Shown piece by piece: positions 21,795 to 33,356 of a stretch of 64,000 nucleotides of DNA. The first letter of the stretch is position 1, and each line of letters opens with the position of its first letter. This DNA is from an uncultured Methanosarcinaceae archaeon (lineage in GTDB: Archaea > Halobacteriota > Methanosarcinia > Methanosarcinales > Methanosarcinaceae). The position numbers and the translations under genes are program-made. The stretch is taken from the NCBI GenBank assembly GCA_963721455.1, contig CAVRJG010000044.1:93965-157964 (forward strand), written 5' to 3'. Under the pieces are notes generated by a model. It did not search any database, was not told the origin of the DNA, and worked only from the letters and a program-made list of their open reading frames with translations.

Positions 21795-22601
21795 ATGGTT
21801 AGGGACTTATTCATGTTTGCCGGCTTCAATGAAAGTTCGCAGATTGTATGGTTCAAGATTATTTATTCGAAAGAACCCGGATCTTTATCCTTAATAACTG
21901 ATTTTCTGGAAAAAGAGAATGCATTCATTATGTTTGGCCATCTGGATAACATTACACAAAAAACAGGAGAATATTCGGTATTTACAGAACTTAATGAAGA
22001 CGTTGATCCGGAGAACTTCGCCCGAAAAATAAAGGATCTTGAAGTTGTAAGTGAAGTAGAATACGGGATTTCAAAGTATGGAATGATTTATTCCGTGGAT
22101 TTTCCCCTGAATGTCATAGGAGTCAGGGGAGTCATAGCAAGGGCACTTACAATTGTTGATATTATTAAAACCCTGAACGAAAGTGTGGCGCATGCAGAGG
22201 GGCTTCTCACCATTTCGGGGCTTAAGGGAGGAAGTCACGCGGCAAAATATTTTAAGAGCATTCTGAATCTTAATGACAGTAATTTCGCAAACGTTCTTGC
22301 GGAACTCTACAGATCTGTGGGATGGGGAATCCTGGAAATCGAATGTAACCCTGAGACTTATGAAGGAAAAATCATTGTAAAAGACTCGTTTATAGCCGAT
22401 GTTTACGGAGGGTCGGAACAACCTGTTTGTGCTTTCATGAGCGGCTATTTTGCGGGTTACCTAACCGAATATTTTGGAAAAAATATAAGTGTGAGAGAGG
22501 TCAGCTGTAAAGCCACTGGGAAGAAGGTCTGCGAACACGTAATCTCACTGGCGCCCTCCGGCTCAATCCAGGAATACCAGGTCAGAGGGGAAACCAGGTG
22601 A
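21795..22601 (+). CDS. ACT-like plus V4R domain protein
   Basis: N-terminal EPGSL ACT-like segment; GWG...PVCAFMSGYFAG...EVSCKATGKKVCEH V4R motif. Confidence 0.8.
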   Translation: MVRDLFMFAGFNESSQIVWFKIIYSKEPGSLSLITDFLEKENAFIMFGHLDNITQKTGEYSVFTELNEDVDPENFARKIKDLEVVSEVEYGISKYGMIYSVDFPLNVIGVRGVIARALTIVDIIKTLNESVAHAEGLLTISGLKGGSHAAKYFKSILNLNDSNFANVLAELYRSVGWGILEIECNPETYEGKIIVKDSFIADVYGGSEQPVCAFMSGYFAGYLTEYFGKNISVREVSCKATGKKVCEHVISLAPSGSIQEYQVRGETR

Positions 22602-24619
22602 TCAGACAACCGAATGTCATTCTAGGAAATGACGAACTGCTCGTGACGATGGGAAGAAAAGGGGATATTTTAGGCTTCTTCTATCCCCGCAGAGACCATG
22701 CCCAGCACGTAGAAGAGTCCCTCGCCTGTATCCATACAGGGGAAAAGCTTCTCTGGACGAACGATAACGATTGGCACTGCATCCAGAATTATATAGAGGA
22801 CACCAACATCGTATCCACAAAACTTTACCATGACTCGGGAATCCGGATTTCAATTCTTGACCTGGTGCACCCGGATGTGCCTGTCCTTATCCGCAGATTT
22901 AAGGTTCAGTCCCAGCAAAAAATCTCAGGGAAATTTTTCTACTATTCAAATTTCAACGTCGGGGAAACGTCTAAGAAAAACTCCGGCTTTTGCGATACAG
23001 AGGCTCGCCTGCTCGTGCAGTACTGGCAAAACTATTATATAGGGATTCACTCCCTGCCCGAATTTACGGAATGGCAGATCGGAAAGGCCATGGACACTGT
23101 ATGGTGGACAAATTCCAAATATGATATGGAAGATGGAAAACTCCAGCGAAATAAAGAAGACATAGGAAACATTAATAATGCTGCTGGCTGGGACCTTGAA
23201 CTGGAAGCTGACGGTGCAAACGAGTTTGTTATCCTGATAGGCGCCGCATCTTCCAGGAGTCTCCTTTATAAGAGAATGCACGAGCTCTCTAAACTGCCTC
23301 TGGAACATATTTTTGAAAAGACGCGGGAACACTGGGTTATGTGGCTTGCTAAAAAGCAGGTTCTCAAAATGCCAGGAATCGAAGGATACAATAACCTGCG
23401 CCAGGAACTGTTCAGTGCCTACAATCGGGCTCTTCTCATGCTTTACCTCCTTAACGACCGCGAATATGGGTCCTTTGTGGCCGCTCCGGAGTTTGACTCA
23501 AATTTTGAAAAGTGTGGAGGATATGGATTTTGCTGGAACCGGGATACCTCGGAAGTTGTGCTTGCACTCAAGCATTCGGGATATCCGGAGTACTGTGAGA
23601 TGTTTTTCAAGTGGTGTATCCGGACCCAGCTCCCGGACGGTTCATGGTTTCAACGCTACTGGCTCAATGGAAATATAGCTCCTTCCTGGGGTAATTTTGA
23701 TTACTCGACCCAGATAGATGAAACCGGATCCACACTTCATTCCATGGATATTTATTACAGGACTCTCGAAGGCCTTAAAAAAGCTGAGTTTCTCGACGAG
23801 GTCTGGGTTTCCATACTCCGGGCTGCCGAATACCTGATGAAGCGGACCAAATCAGGAATTCACGAAAGTTGTATGGACCTCTGGGAAACTTATTACGGGA
23901 TTTTCACATATACGAATGCTTCAATCTATGCAGGGCTCATGGGCGCTTCACACCTGGCTGAAGAAAACGGGGAGTCTGGCATGGCAAGACGCTGGAAGAA
24001 AAGGGCGGAGTTCATTAAACAGGCCACAATTGATCGCTTCTGGCTTCAGGAAGGCTATTTTGCAAAAGGAATAATTAACGAGAAACTGGATAAAACAATT
24101 GATGCAAGTATCCTGGGCGCCTATATTCCCTTTGGGATGCTGTCTCCAAAAGACCCCGTGGAAAAGGATATGATCCTGTTTATGATAGAAAATATCCAGA
24201 AAAAGCTTTCATTGCCCATTAATCAGGGTTACGGGATCCGAAGGTATGAAAACGACAGTTACATTGACGGAAATCCCTGGATAGTGACTACTCTCTGGCT
24301 TTCGGAAGCAATGTTTGCCCTTGCCCTTGACACTCCCCAGGAAAAAGTCATGTTTGCCCCTACGCTTGACATTCCCCAGGAAAAAGAGGATAACCATACA
24401 GAAAAAGTGAGAGAACTGACAGATGAAGGAATTAAATTCCTTAAATGGGCTCTTGCCGGTGCAACCAGTACAGGCCTTCTCCCGGAACAGGTGGATAAGT
24501 CTACAGGGAAACCTGCCTGGGCAATTCCTCTCGGATGGAGTGGATCTCTGATGCTTGATAATATTTTGCTTCTGGATAAAATCTGCAGGAGAAAAGCCGG
24601 GAACGGGAAAGAAAGCTGA
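22598..24619 (+). CDS. GH15 glucoamylase-like glycoside hydrolase
   Basis: YGFCWNRD, QIDETG, DLWE, RRYENDSY, LLPEQ, PLGWS. Confidence 0.9.
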   Translation: MIRQPNVILGNDELLVTMGRKGDILGFFYPRRDHAQHVEESLACIHTGEKLLWTNDNDWHCIQNYIEDTNIVSTKLYHDSGIRISILDLVHPDVPVLIRRFKVQSQQKISGKFFYYSNFNVGETSKKNSGFCDTEARLLVQYWQNYYIGIHSLPEFTEWQIGKAMDTVWWTNSKYDMEDGKLQRNKEDIGNINNAAGWDLELEADGANEFVILIGAASSRSLLYKRMHELSKLPLEHIFEKTREHWVMWLAKKQVLKMPGIEGYNNLRQELFSAYNRALLMLYLLNDREYGSFVAAPEFDSNFEKCGGYGFCWNRDTSEVVLALKHSGYPEYCEMFFKWCIRTQLPDGSWFQRYWLNGNIAPSWGNFDYSTQIDETGSTLHSMDIYYRTLEGLKKAEFLDEVWVSILRAAEYLMKRTKSGIHESCMDLWETYYGIFTYTNASIYAGLMGASHLAEENGESGMARRWKKRAEFIKQATIDRFWLQEGYFAKGIINEKLDKTIDASILGAYIPFGMLSPKDPVEKDMILFMIENIQKKLSLPINQGYGIRRYENDSYIDGNPWIVTTLWLSEAMFALALDTPQEKVMFAPTLDIPQEKEDNHTEKVRELTDEGIKFLKWALAGATSTGLLPEQVDKSTGKPAWAIPLGWSGSLMLDNILLLDKICRRKAGNGKES

Positions 24620-24953
24620 GAAGAGAAAGAGAGAGCGTCATAAAAGCCCCATATGTAATTCCTATGCCCAGAATTACAGGAACTACATAATTTATAGCAG
24701 ACTTGTCCTGCTGATGGATAGCCCTGTCACCCCACATTTTAAATTAATGCAAGATTTCCGTTAATATCATTCAATACAATTGTTTCTACAATAGAAGTTT
24801 CGCTTCAGGGGGTGTCTTCTACTCGACTACCAGTTATCTGTCATAGGACCCTCAAACATAATTTGAATAATCTGTAAGTCCCATGCGAACTGAGCATTGT
24901 CACAAGTTCATCATTTTACACCTTGCAATTGCCTGATTCAGATTCCGGGCATA

Positions 24954-27900
24954 TCACTTCTCTTTCATTTCCACTTTCTGGATCTGCTTAATGCATGCGA
25001 GCAGTTCTTCCTCGGTAAACATACCTTTGTGCATGATGCTGGACACGTTTCCATTCAATTCTTTTATGTCATTCGAATCCAAATCCTTTGCAGTACAAAC
25101 GATTATGGGAGTATCGATGGAATCAGGGTTGTTTTTAAGCGCTTTTATCACATCAAAACCACTACTTTCAGGCATCATGAGATCCAGAATGACCACTTCC
25201 GGTTTTTCTTTGAATGCAATATCTATTGCATCCTGTCCTCCGTAAGCCTTCAAAACATTGAACTCTTTTCCATCCAGCATCGCAGCTATCAGTTCCACTG
25301 CATTTATTTCGTCATCCGCCACCAGCACACTGAGAGACGATTTTGTATTCTTTTCTTTGATCTTCTCCAGTGTAGAAAGTAATTTATCCTTTTGAATAGG
25401 TTTGATGAAGTGTTCCACAGCTCCCCATATGACACCCATTTTCCTTTCATCCAGCATGGAAGTGATTATTACTGGAATATCACAGGTTTGTTCCCCCAGT
25501 TTCAAATGCTTCAGAACATCCCAGCCGCTCATGCCATGCATCATGATGTCCAGAGTGATTGCAAACGGTTTCATCTTATCGGCAAGTTCGAGGGCCTCTT
25601 TTCCATTGGCAGCAGTTGCCACACGGTAACCTTCCTGCTTCAGGGTGAACTCCAGCAACTCCCTTGAAGCATCATCGTCTTCCACCACAAGTATCAGTGG
25701 CTCACCACTGTTACTATTCGGTGATTTGATTATTTTAGGGATACGGGTAATGTATTTAGGAACATCCACAGAATCCTTTGTTTTCGCTTCTACAGTGCCC
25801 TCTTTATTTAAGCTGGCTCTTAAGGGCATCTCAAAAGTAAAAGCTGTACCTTTCCCAACTTCACTTTCAACCCATATATTCCCCTTATGCAGCTCTATAA
25901 AACTTTTAACCAGGGAAAGACCAAGCCCTGTTCCTTCGTACAGCCGGTTTGTAGCAGAATCGAGCTGAGTGAAAGGCTTGAACAGCTTGTGCTTGTTTTC
26001 ATCAGATATCCCTATACCCGTATCTTTTACGGAGAACTGTGCCATATCTCCGTCCATCTTTGAGGAAATTGTTATCTTTCCACCCGCAGGAGTGAACTTG
26101 ATGGCGTTGCTTGCAAGATTAAAAACAATCTGTTTGAACCTTATTCTATCAGCATATATCGTTACAAGTTTTTCGTCTATGCAGAATTCCACATTCAGTC
26201 CTTTTTTATTAAGAAGGGGGGACATCAACTGTTCTAATTCAGTAAACGTTTCTTTAACAGCAAAAGTCTCACAATTCAGTTCCATCTTACCCGCTTCGAT
26301 CTTGGACATGTCAAGTATATTGTTTATGAGAGCAAGCAGATGTTTCCCACTTGTGGATATGTTGCCCAGGAACTTCTTCTGCATCTGAGGCATCTCTCCA
26401 ACATTGCCGCCTATCATCAAGTCAGAGAAACCTATGATGGAATTCAGTGGCGTCCGCAGTTCATGACTCATAGTTGCGAGGAATTCGCTCTTGGAACGGT
26501 TTGCAGTCTCTGCTGCAATCTTTGCCTGGATCAGGCTTTCCTCTGCTTCCTTTATTTTAGTCATGTCCACAAAGCTTTCTACCAGGTATTTTTTATCTGA
26601 AATTTGTATAGGCACCACAGATTTCAGAATGGGAACCTTGTTTCCGTCCTTATTGATCAACACACGTTCAGATCGATCAACTTTCAATCCAAGATCAAGT
26701 AAGGGGCATTTTCCTTTATCTGCAGGACAGATGAAATGATGGCAGATATTACCAATGATTTTCTCCTGGGGCAAGCCGATCATCTCCACAGCCATGGGGT
26801 TTGCCTCAACTATGATGGATGTTTCAGCATCTATGAGAACAACACCGCTAATAGTGCTTGCAAGTACGGTCTCCAGCCTCTGCCTGTATTCCCCTTCAAG
26901 CCCTTGAAGTTTCACGCTATCCGTAACATCAGTGGTACAATAAACGGCACCTACCATCGTTCCATTCCGAAGTAGTGGTCCTGCGTACCAGTCATAGACA
27001 GCCTCATTTTTAAGGTACAATGTTACCTGATCTCTCTCTGAGGCGTTTTGCAATTCCTTAATCTTTGCAGTACCTCCCCTGCCATCACCTGCCTGTGCAA
27101 TTATATGCTCGATCACTTTTGCCGCACTGTTCTGTGAAAGCAAATCTGCGCTTATGCCCCACAATTCAATGAATTTACTATTCGTGACGACCCTGGTATC
27201 CATACCAGCTATCATTATGCCTATATTCATAGATTCAAGGCTGGATTGAATTACGTCGAGGGTTTCAAGAACTTTAGCTTTTTCTTCCAGGGTTTTGAGC
27301 ATGTAGTTTATGCTCCCTGCAAGATCACATAGTTCGTCTTTACCTTCCATATTTACGCGGGAGGAAAGTGATCCTTTTTCGGTAATTGCTGTCAAGTTAG
27401 TACTGAGCAAGGATATGCGAGCTAACACCGATTTTTCAAGTAAAAACGAAAGGACAAGTCCGGATACCATTCCGATGACGAGGATTGCAATAAGTACGTA
27501 TTTTATAGCAGACTGGCCCTGCTGGTATACATCCCTCGGCATCTCAACGTCCAGGAACAATGCCGGTTTTCCATTTATATCGTTCAGTACAGTTGTTCCT
27601 ACAACCGAAGCCTCACTCACATAATTTATATTAAGGCTATTATCCTCTTTTGAAGTAGATAATGCTGCAAGCTCTTGATTGAAGGTTTCTGTATTCAGGG
27701 ATAGACTTGTTTTTTCTGCAAGCTCTTTTATCAATTCAGCGTCTATAACCTTTGCGAATATAAGGGTGCCTGCTATTGGTCCTTCTCCGGAACCCTGTAT
27801 GATAGGATTGGAAGTAATCAGTAATGGTCCTTCAGGGGAATTGATGATTCCAGATACCTGGCTGTGGGGTGTAGGGTGAGAGAAAAGAAGTTCATTTGCA

Positions 27901-28307
27901 GCGATGCAATCAAGCATCGTAGTCGAGACGTTTGCGTGTTCAGTAGTACCCTGGTCTACTGTCGTAGCATAGTAGAGCTTGTTTGTGGAGTCATAAAATA
28001 ATACCATACTGGCATCAAAATTGGTTACTACCTCAGGGCCAAAGTTCTCGTCGATGTAACCGTCAAATTGTCCCTGGACAAAAAGATAACTTGCATCCCA
28101 TATAGCGTAATCTGTGACAACCGCATTCAACGTATCTAACTTAGCATTCATTGCTGTTGTTGCCCTTTCCACGTTCCTGGATACTTCGTCCTTTTCCAGA
28201 CTTTCAAAGCTGTTTCCCATTATCTGCTCGGCAGCCACTACCAGAAATACAGATAGAAAAATTAAGGTTACTCCAAGAATTGCCAGGGTCTTATTGCGTA
28301 TCTTCAT
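24954..28307 (-). CDS. Hybrid sensor histidine kinase (CHASE4-HAMP-PAS-PAS-HisKA-HATPase-REC-REC)
   Basis: DYAIWD CHASE4 motif, MSHELRTPLNSIIGF H-box, NLASNAIKFT, GTGLGL, two receiver domains. Confidence 0.92.
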   Translation of the reverse strand: MKIRNKTLAILGVTLIFLSVFLVVAAEQIMGNSFESLEKDEVSRNVERATTAMNAKLDTLNAVVTDYAIWDASYLFVQGQFDGYIDENFGPEVVTNFDASMVLFYDSTNKLYYATTVDQGTTEHANVSTTMLDCIAANELLFSHPTPHSQVSGIINSPEGPLLITSNPIIQGSGEGPIAGTLIFAKVIDAELIKELAEKTSLSLNTETFNQELAALSTSKEDNSLNINYVSEASVVGTTVLNDINGKPALFLDVEMPRDVYQQGQSAIKYVLIAILVIGMVSGLVLSFLLEKSVLARISLLSTNLTAITEKGSLSSRVNMEGKDELCDLAGSINYMLKTLEEKAKVLETLDVIQSSLESMNIGIMIAGMDTRVVTNSKFIELWGISADLLSQNSAAKVIEHIIAQAGDGRGGTAKIKELQNASERDQVTLYLKNEAVYDWYAGPLLRNGTMVGAVYCTTDVTDSVKLQGLEGEYRQRLETVLASTISGVVLIDAETSIIVEANPMAVEMIGLPQEKIIGNICHHFICPADKGKCPLLDLGLKVDRSERVLINKDGNKVPILKSVVPIQISDKKYLVESFVDMTKIKEAEESLIQAKIAAETANRSKSEFLATMSHELRTPLNSIIGFSDLMIGGNVGEMPQMQKKFLGNISTSGKHLLALINNILDMSKIEAGKMELNCETFAVKETFTELEQLMSPLLNKKGLNVEFCIDEKLVTIYADRIRFKQIVFNLASNAIKFTPAGGKITISSKMDGDMAQFSVKDTGIGISDENKHKLFKPFTQLDSATNRLYEGTGLGLSLVKSFIELHKGNIWVESEVGKGTAFTFEMPLRASLNKEGTVEAKTKDSVDVPKYITRIPKIIKSPNSNSGEPLILVVEDDDASRELLEFTLKQEGYRVATAANGKEALELADKMKPFAITLDIMMHGMSGWDVLKHLKLGEQTCDIPVIITSMLDERKMGVIWGAVEHFIKPIQKDKLLSTLEKIKEKNTKSSLSVLVADDEINAVELIAAMLDGKEFNVLKAYGGQDAIDIAFKEKPEVVILDLMMPESSGFDVIKALKNNPDSIDTPIIVCTAKDLDSNDIKELNGNVSSIMHKGMFTEEELLACIKQIQKVEMKEK

Positions 28308-28310
28308 GGA

Positions 28311-28685
28311 TCACACCTTCCCGTTGCCTAAAAAAGCATTCACCTGTTCCATGAACTGAAACACATCTATAGGTTTGGAAATATAACCGATGCAGCCTGC
28401 ATCAATGAAACGCTTTTCATCACCCATCATGGCAAGCGCAGTTAAGGCAACAACGGGGGTGTGCGACGATTTTGGATATTGCTTGATATGTTTTAAGATT
28501 TCCAGCCCACCCATTCCTGGCAACTGGATATCCAGCAATACAAGGTCAAAAAGATCGTTCTTGATCCTGTCCAGAACCTCTTCTCCGTCTACAGCTTGTG
28601 TGACCTCTATTCCATTTGATTCCAGAATATATGCCACCAATTCCATGTTCATGGGATTATCTTCTACTACCAGTATGCTTGCCAT
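28311..28685 (-). CDS. Single-domain response regulator (DivK/CheY-like)
   Basis: ILVVEDN, LLDIQLP, ALTA, SKPI. Confidence 0.9.
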   Translation of the reverse strand: MASILVVEDNPMNMELVAYILESNGIEVTQAVDGEEVLDRIKNDLFDLVLLDIQLPGMGGLEILKHIKQYPKSSHTPVVALTALAMMGDEKRFIDAGCIGYISKPIDVFQFMEQVNAFLGNGKV

Positions 28686-29375
28686 GGACCCTCCCAAAAA
28701 TGCATAGTTACTTTATCCTTAACTCCGCCATATTTAGGAAAAAAGTAGGTCATCCCCTGAATTTTCAGCATCAATAGCCCCTGATGAGAGTACTTTAGTT
28801 TGTTTTGTTGCATTCCCCAATGGTGGATATATCACTTTGGCGAACGTGAATTGTAGAACGCCTCTTGATTCGGAATATGAGATCCATATTCAATACTTAG
28901 ACCCAAATTCGCCCGAATTAGTTTATATTATAAATAAGTAATAAATTTTAGTTGATATATTTTAGTTGATATATAATTCTTAAACAAATATTATTCGTAT
29001 ACACAACTAAAGTTGATATTAGAAAACAATAAATTTATAATTGTTTAGATAAAACCTTTTAAGACCAATATAATGTTACAATAATCGTATAATAAGAAGG
29101 TTCATAAAAAAGAATAAGCTATTTTTATTAAAAGTCTTCCAAAAATTGGAGAACCCACTTTTCGCACTAAATTGCCATGTTTTCACACTGTTCTTGCTAT
29201 AGTTTTTCAGCACAATACTGCGGAGTGTGGTGGAAACATTTAAAGTGAGCTAAATTTTGCGCTGAAAATTTTCAGATGAATAAACACTGGTTATTTTACA
29301 ACTCTGTGAAAAAATAGTAGAATAGGAAAGAATAAAATTTGCAGTTATGAGCAACTGCAATTGTTCTGGAGAAAT

Positions 29376-30563
29376 TCAGGCAAGGATTTTTCCATAAGGG
29401 CTTTCTTCAAAGTAACTGACAAATTGCCGGGCTTCTTCATTCGATTCCCCGGAATCCGAACTCAAAAGCAGCTTTGAGAGACTTGCCTTATTCATATATG
29501 CGACTTTGGGCTCCCCTACGATTCCTCCGAGTTCCGCAGCCTTGTCAATCGCATCGTAAAGATTTCCAAAGCCATCTACAAGCCCAAGCTCCTTTGCCCT
29601 GGCTCCGGTGTATATACGGCCGTCGGCAAGAGTTTTTACTTCACTCCTGGACATGTTGCGTCCCTCTGAAACGTCGGTTATAAAGTCTTCGTAGATTTCC
29701 ATAACCACAGCATCAGCGTACTCTTTTTCCTCATCCGTAAGCCCCCTCCAGGTGCCTCCCATATCCTTCAGTTCTCCGGACTTCGCAATGTAATAATCTA
29801 CGCCCTCTTCTTTATAAGAGGCAGACATGTTCTGGAAGATCCAGATCACTCCGATAGATCCGGTATTCGTAGAGGGACTTGCAATAATGTAATCCGCGGG
29901 CGCAGAGATGTAATACGCGGCGCTGGCTGCAAGGTCCCCCATGGAAACGACAACAGGGATTCCCTTTGCCTGGGCTTTCTCAATTTCCCCTACAATTTCC
30001 TGGGCTGCTGCAGGAGACCCGCCTGGACTGTTAATGCGAAGCACGATTGCCCTGACCCCCTTATCCGCAGTAGCCTTGCGTATGTTTTCAGAAATCTCTT
30101 CGGAGGTTGCGTAACCAAGCCCTGCAGGAACGTTTCCAGAAAGAATAGTGCCCTGGATATAGATAACAGCCACCTTCTCAGAAGTCCTTAGATTTCCCCC
30201 GGCACCGAAACTGAAGGAAATTGCCGCAATACTCACGAGTATGACGGTAAACAGGGCCACTACTACCAGCAGGTAGGACATCCAGTTACGTTTTTTATTC
30301 TGTGGAGAGGGATTTGAATTCATGCTTAAACTCTTGCTTTCAATTTCATTTTTCCCAGGAGCTTCTAAGGGAATTCCCGGATCAGTTATTTTTCCCGAAC
30401 CTTCCGAGGCAGAGCCGGAGTAAGGGGAACTACCGCTTGTAGCGTAAGCGCCTTCATCAGAAATGACATTCGCTCTTCCATTGTAAGCGCTGTTTTGGAG
30501 AATACTATCTTCAGATATATCCTCTGAGTTCGTGCCTTCCGGGTTCATTTTTCCATCGTTCAT
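29376..30563 (-). CDS. sppA: Signal peptide peptidase SppA (S49)
   Basis: INSPGGS, AASAAYYI, GSIGV. Confidence 0.9.
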   Translation of the reverse strand: MNDGKMNPEGTNSEDISEDSILQNSAYNGRANVISDEGAYATSGSSPYSGSASEGSGKITDPGIPLEAPGKNEIESKSLSMNSNPSPQNKKRNWMSYLLVVVALFTVILVSIAAISFSFGAGGNLRTSEKVAVIYIQGTILSGNVPAGLGYATSEEISENIRKATADKGVRAIVLRINSPGGSPAAAQEIVGEIEKAQAKGIPVVVSMGDLAASAAYYISAPADYIIASPSTNTGSIGVIWIFQNMSASYKEEGVDYYIAKSGELKDMGGTWRGLTDEEKEYADAVVMEIYEDFITDVSEGRNMSRSEVKTLADGRIYTGARAKELGLVDGFGNLYDAIDKAAELGGIVGEPKVAYMNKASLSKLLLSSDSGESNEEARQFVSYFEESPYGKILA

Positions 30564-30906
30564 ATCTGACAGGACTGTATAATTTGGATTCAGTATAATT
30601 TGGATTTATCGTTTTAATCTGCAGCCTTGAGCCTGGTTAAAATTTTTAATTAAGAGAGCAGATATATTACGGTAGAAAGCAATGCAAGAAAGAGAACTTG
30701 CAGAAACCCACAGACAATAGAATCTGCTTAACAATCAGAATTGTCTGAGCTATTATTTATCTGTCTCTACATCCCATCCTTCTTTATATAGGATTATCAA
30801 CTATCCCTCAAATAGGTTACCTTGTAAAAACACAGTAAGCGAAATATATTTTAGAATTGCAATCGTCGAAGAGGAATATATTCATAAAAAATATATGGAG
30901 ATAAGA

Positions 30907-33042
30907 ATGCCAGAATCATCCAGTAAACCCGTACTTGTCACCTGTGGCCTGCCTTATGCTAATGGCAAGGCTCATATTGGGCATCTCCGGACCTACGTGC
31001 CCGCTGATATTTTTGCCCGTTCCCTGCGAAAAGAAGGAAGGGACGTTACCTTTGTCTGCGGCTCGGACACTCACGGCACCCCTATTGTCGTGAATGCCGA
31101 AGAACTCGGGATCACTCCAAAAGAGCTTGTAGAGACATATCACAAACATTTTGACGAGACCTTCAAGCAGCTGGGAGTTTACTTTGATGCTTTTGGGACA
31201 ACGGATGATCCTGAGAATCACAAAAGGACGCTGGATATCGTCAACAGGCTGATTGAAAAAGACTACGTGTACCCAAAAACCATCGAAATTGCCTACTGCC
31301 CGCAATGCAACCGTTTTCTCCCTGACCGCTACGTAGAAGGCTCCTGCCCTCACTGCGGGGAAACAGCAAGAGGGGATGAATGTGACCAGGGATGCGGAAA
31401 ACACCTGGAGCCCGGAGAACTTCAGAGCCCTGTCTGTACTATCTGCGGAGGGCCTGCCGAGTACCGCCAGCAGGAACATTTCTTTTTCAAGCTTTCTAAG
31501 TTCAGCGATTATCTCATGAACTATCTCTCAAATGACCTTGGGGGAACCATCAATGCCATAAATTACGCATTAGGCTGGGTAAAGCAGGGGCTTACGGACT
31601 GGTGCATTACACGGAACCTGGAATGGGGAGTTAAATTCCCCGGCCATGATGACCTTGTGGTCTATGTCTGGGTAGATGCTCCCATAGGGTACATCGCCTT
31701 TACCGAGGAGTGGGCTGCAAAAGCAGGAGACTCCTGGGAAAAATACTGGAAAAATGACGGGGAAATTGTCCACTTCATAGGGGGAGACATCACCTACCAC
31801 CACTGTATCTTCTGGCCGGCTATGCTTAAAGGTGCAGATTACTCAGTGCCTACAGCTGTCGTAGCTTCAGGCATGGTCAAAATCGAAGACAAAAAGTTTT
31901 CCAAGACTAGGGGTTATGTGGTCTGGGTAGGAGAAGATTACCTTGACCACGGTTTCCATCCTGACCTGCTGAGATACTATCTGGCAAGCTATACCTCTCA
32001 CACAAAGGAGCTGAATTTCTCCTGGCATGTGCTTCAGGAAAAAATCAACACTGAACTGGTGGCCGTGTTCGGGAATTTCCTGTACCGGACAATGCTTTTC
32101 GCTTTCAAGAATTACGGAGAAGTCCCGTCCGGGGAGCTCGAACCTGAGGTAAAGGAAGAAATCGAAAAGGCCCTGAAAGAGATAAAAGCAGCAATGGCAG
32201 AATATGAATTCAAAAAAGCCGTTGATTCTGCAATGACCCTTGCATCTTTCGGGAACATCTATTTCCAGTCCCATGAGCCCTGGAGCCTTATAAAGAAAGA
32301 CAGGGCAGCCTGCGGAAATGTGCTTTACAACTGCCTCCACCTTGCAAAAGCCCTATGCCTTATCTTTGAGCCCGTGCTCCCGCAAACAATGGAGACAGCC
32401 TGGGCAGGACTGGGGCAGGAAGGAGACCTGCATGCCGCCCGGTACAGTGAAGCTCTCGTGCCGCTGAAAGCGGGCACAAAACTTGCAAAACCCGAGATCC
32501 TTTTCACAAAGCTCGAAGACGACAGGATCGGAGAGATGGAAGAGATCGCAAGCCAGAGGGTAAAAGCTGCAGATGCAAAGAAAGCCGCAGCAAAAAGGAA
32601 CGGAAAAGAGCCCGCCAAATCCGAAGGGATGGGACCTGCAGAAGAAGCAAAACCAGCCGAAAAAGCTGTAGATGCAGCAAAAGCAAAGGAAGAAGAGGAA
32701 AAAGAAACCCTTCCATTGATTGAGTACGAAGACTTTGCAAAACTCGATATCAGAGTAGGAAAGGTTTTACTTGCCGAACCCATTAAGAAGTCCAAAAAAC
32801 TCCTGAGGGTTGAAGTGGATATCGGTGAGGAAAAGCCAAGACAGCTTGTTGCAGGCATGGCTTCATACTACACTCCCGAAGAGTTAGTAGGAAAATATGT
32901 AATCGTACTTGCCAACCTGAAACCTGCCAAACTCTGCGGAGTCGAATCAAACGGCATGATGCTTGCAGCCGATGATTGTGCGGAAATCGTATCAGCCCTG
33001 ATGCCGGATAAAGAGATAAAACCCGGTTCCAGAATACGCTGA
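30907..33042 (+). CDS. metG: Methionine--tRNA ligase with C-terminal tRNA-binding domain
   Basis: [11 protein letters not shown], Zn knuckles, [16 protein letters not shown]-terminal Trbp111-like domain. Confidence 0.96.
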   Translation: MPESSSKPVLVTCGLPYANGKAHIGHLRTYVPADIFARSLRKEGRDVTFVCGSDTHGTPIVVNAEELGITPKELVETYHKHFDETFKQLGVYFDAFGTTDDPENHKRTLDIVNRLIEKDYVYPKTIEIAYCPQCNRFLPDRYVEGSCPHCGETARGDECDQGCGKHLEPGELQSPVCTICGGPAEYRQQEHFFFKLSKFSDYLMNYLSNDLGGTINAINYALGWVKQGLTDWCITRNLEWGVKFPGHDDLVVYVWVDAPIGYIAFTEEWAAKAGDSWEKYWKNDGEIVHFIGGDITYHHCIFWPAMLKGADYSVPTAVVASGMVKIEDKKFSKTRGYVVWVGEDYLDHGFHPDLLRYYLASYTSHTKELNFSWHVLQEKINTELVAVFGNFLYRTMLFAFKNYGEVPSGELEPEVKEEIEKALKEIKAAMAEYEFKKAVDSAMTLASFGNIYFQSHEPWSLIKKDRAACGNVLYNCLHLAKALCLIFEPVLPQTMETAWAGLGQEGDLHAARYSEALVPLKAGTKLAKPEILFTKLEDDRIGEMEEIASQRVKAADAKKAAAKRNGKEPAKSEGMGPAEEAKPAEKAVDAAKAKEEEEKETLPLIEYEDFAKLDIRVGKVLLAEPIKKSKKLLRVEVDIGEEKPRQLVAGMASYYTPEELVGKYVIVLANLKPAKLCGVESNGMMLAADDCAEIVSALMPDKEIKPGSRIR

Positions 33043-33356
33043 AAGCCAGGGTAAATTTAAATCAAAATTAAAATTTGTTAAAATCAAAATTTGCCAGTTG
33101 TTTTCATGTCCGTATGTAAGCGGGCATGAGCAACTTATTGAGCTGATCCTCAAGTCCATTTTAGAATCAGACATGACTATTTTTAAGACTTGATTTATAA
33201 TCAGCAACTCAATTGATTTTTGAGTCTTTGGGTCGGCTCATTACCTTTACTTTTTTGCCTGTGAAACCTCAATAGTTGGCACTAGATAAACAAAGACGAA
33301 AGGTTTAACTGGAAAATAACTCATCGAGAGATGAGACTAAAATTCGAAGGCACACA

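Noticed and set aside
24655-24900. Possible IS-end remnants between GH15 and the kinase
   Set aside because: I could not find a matching inverted partner or a TSD.
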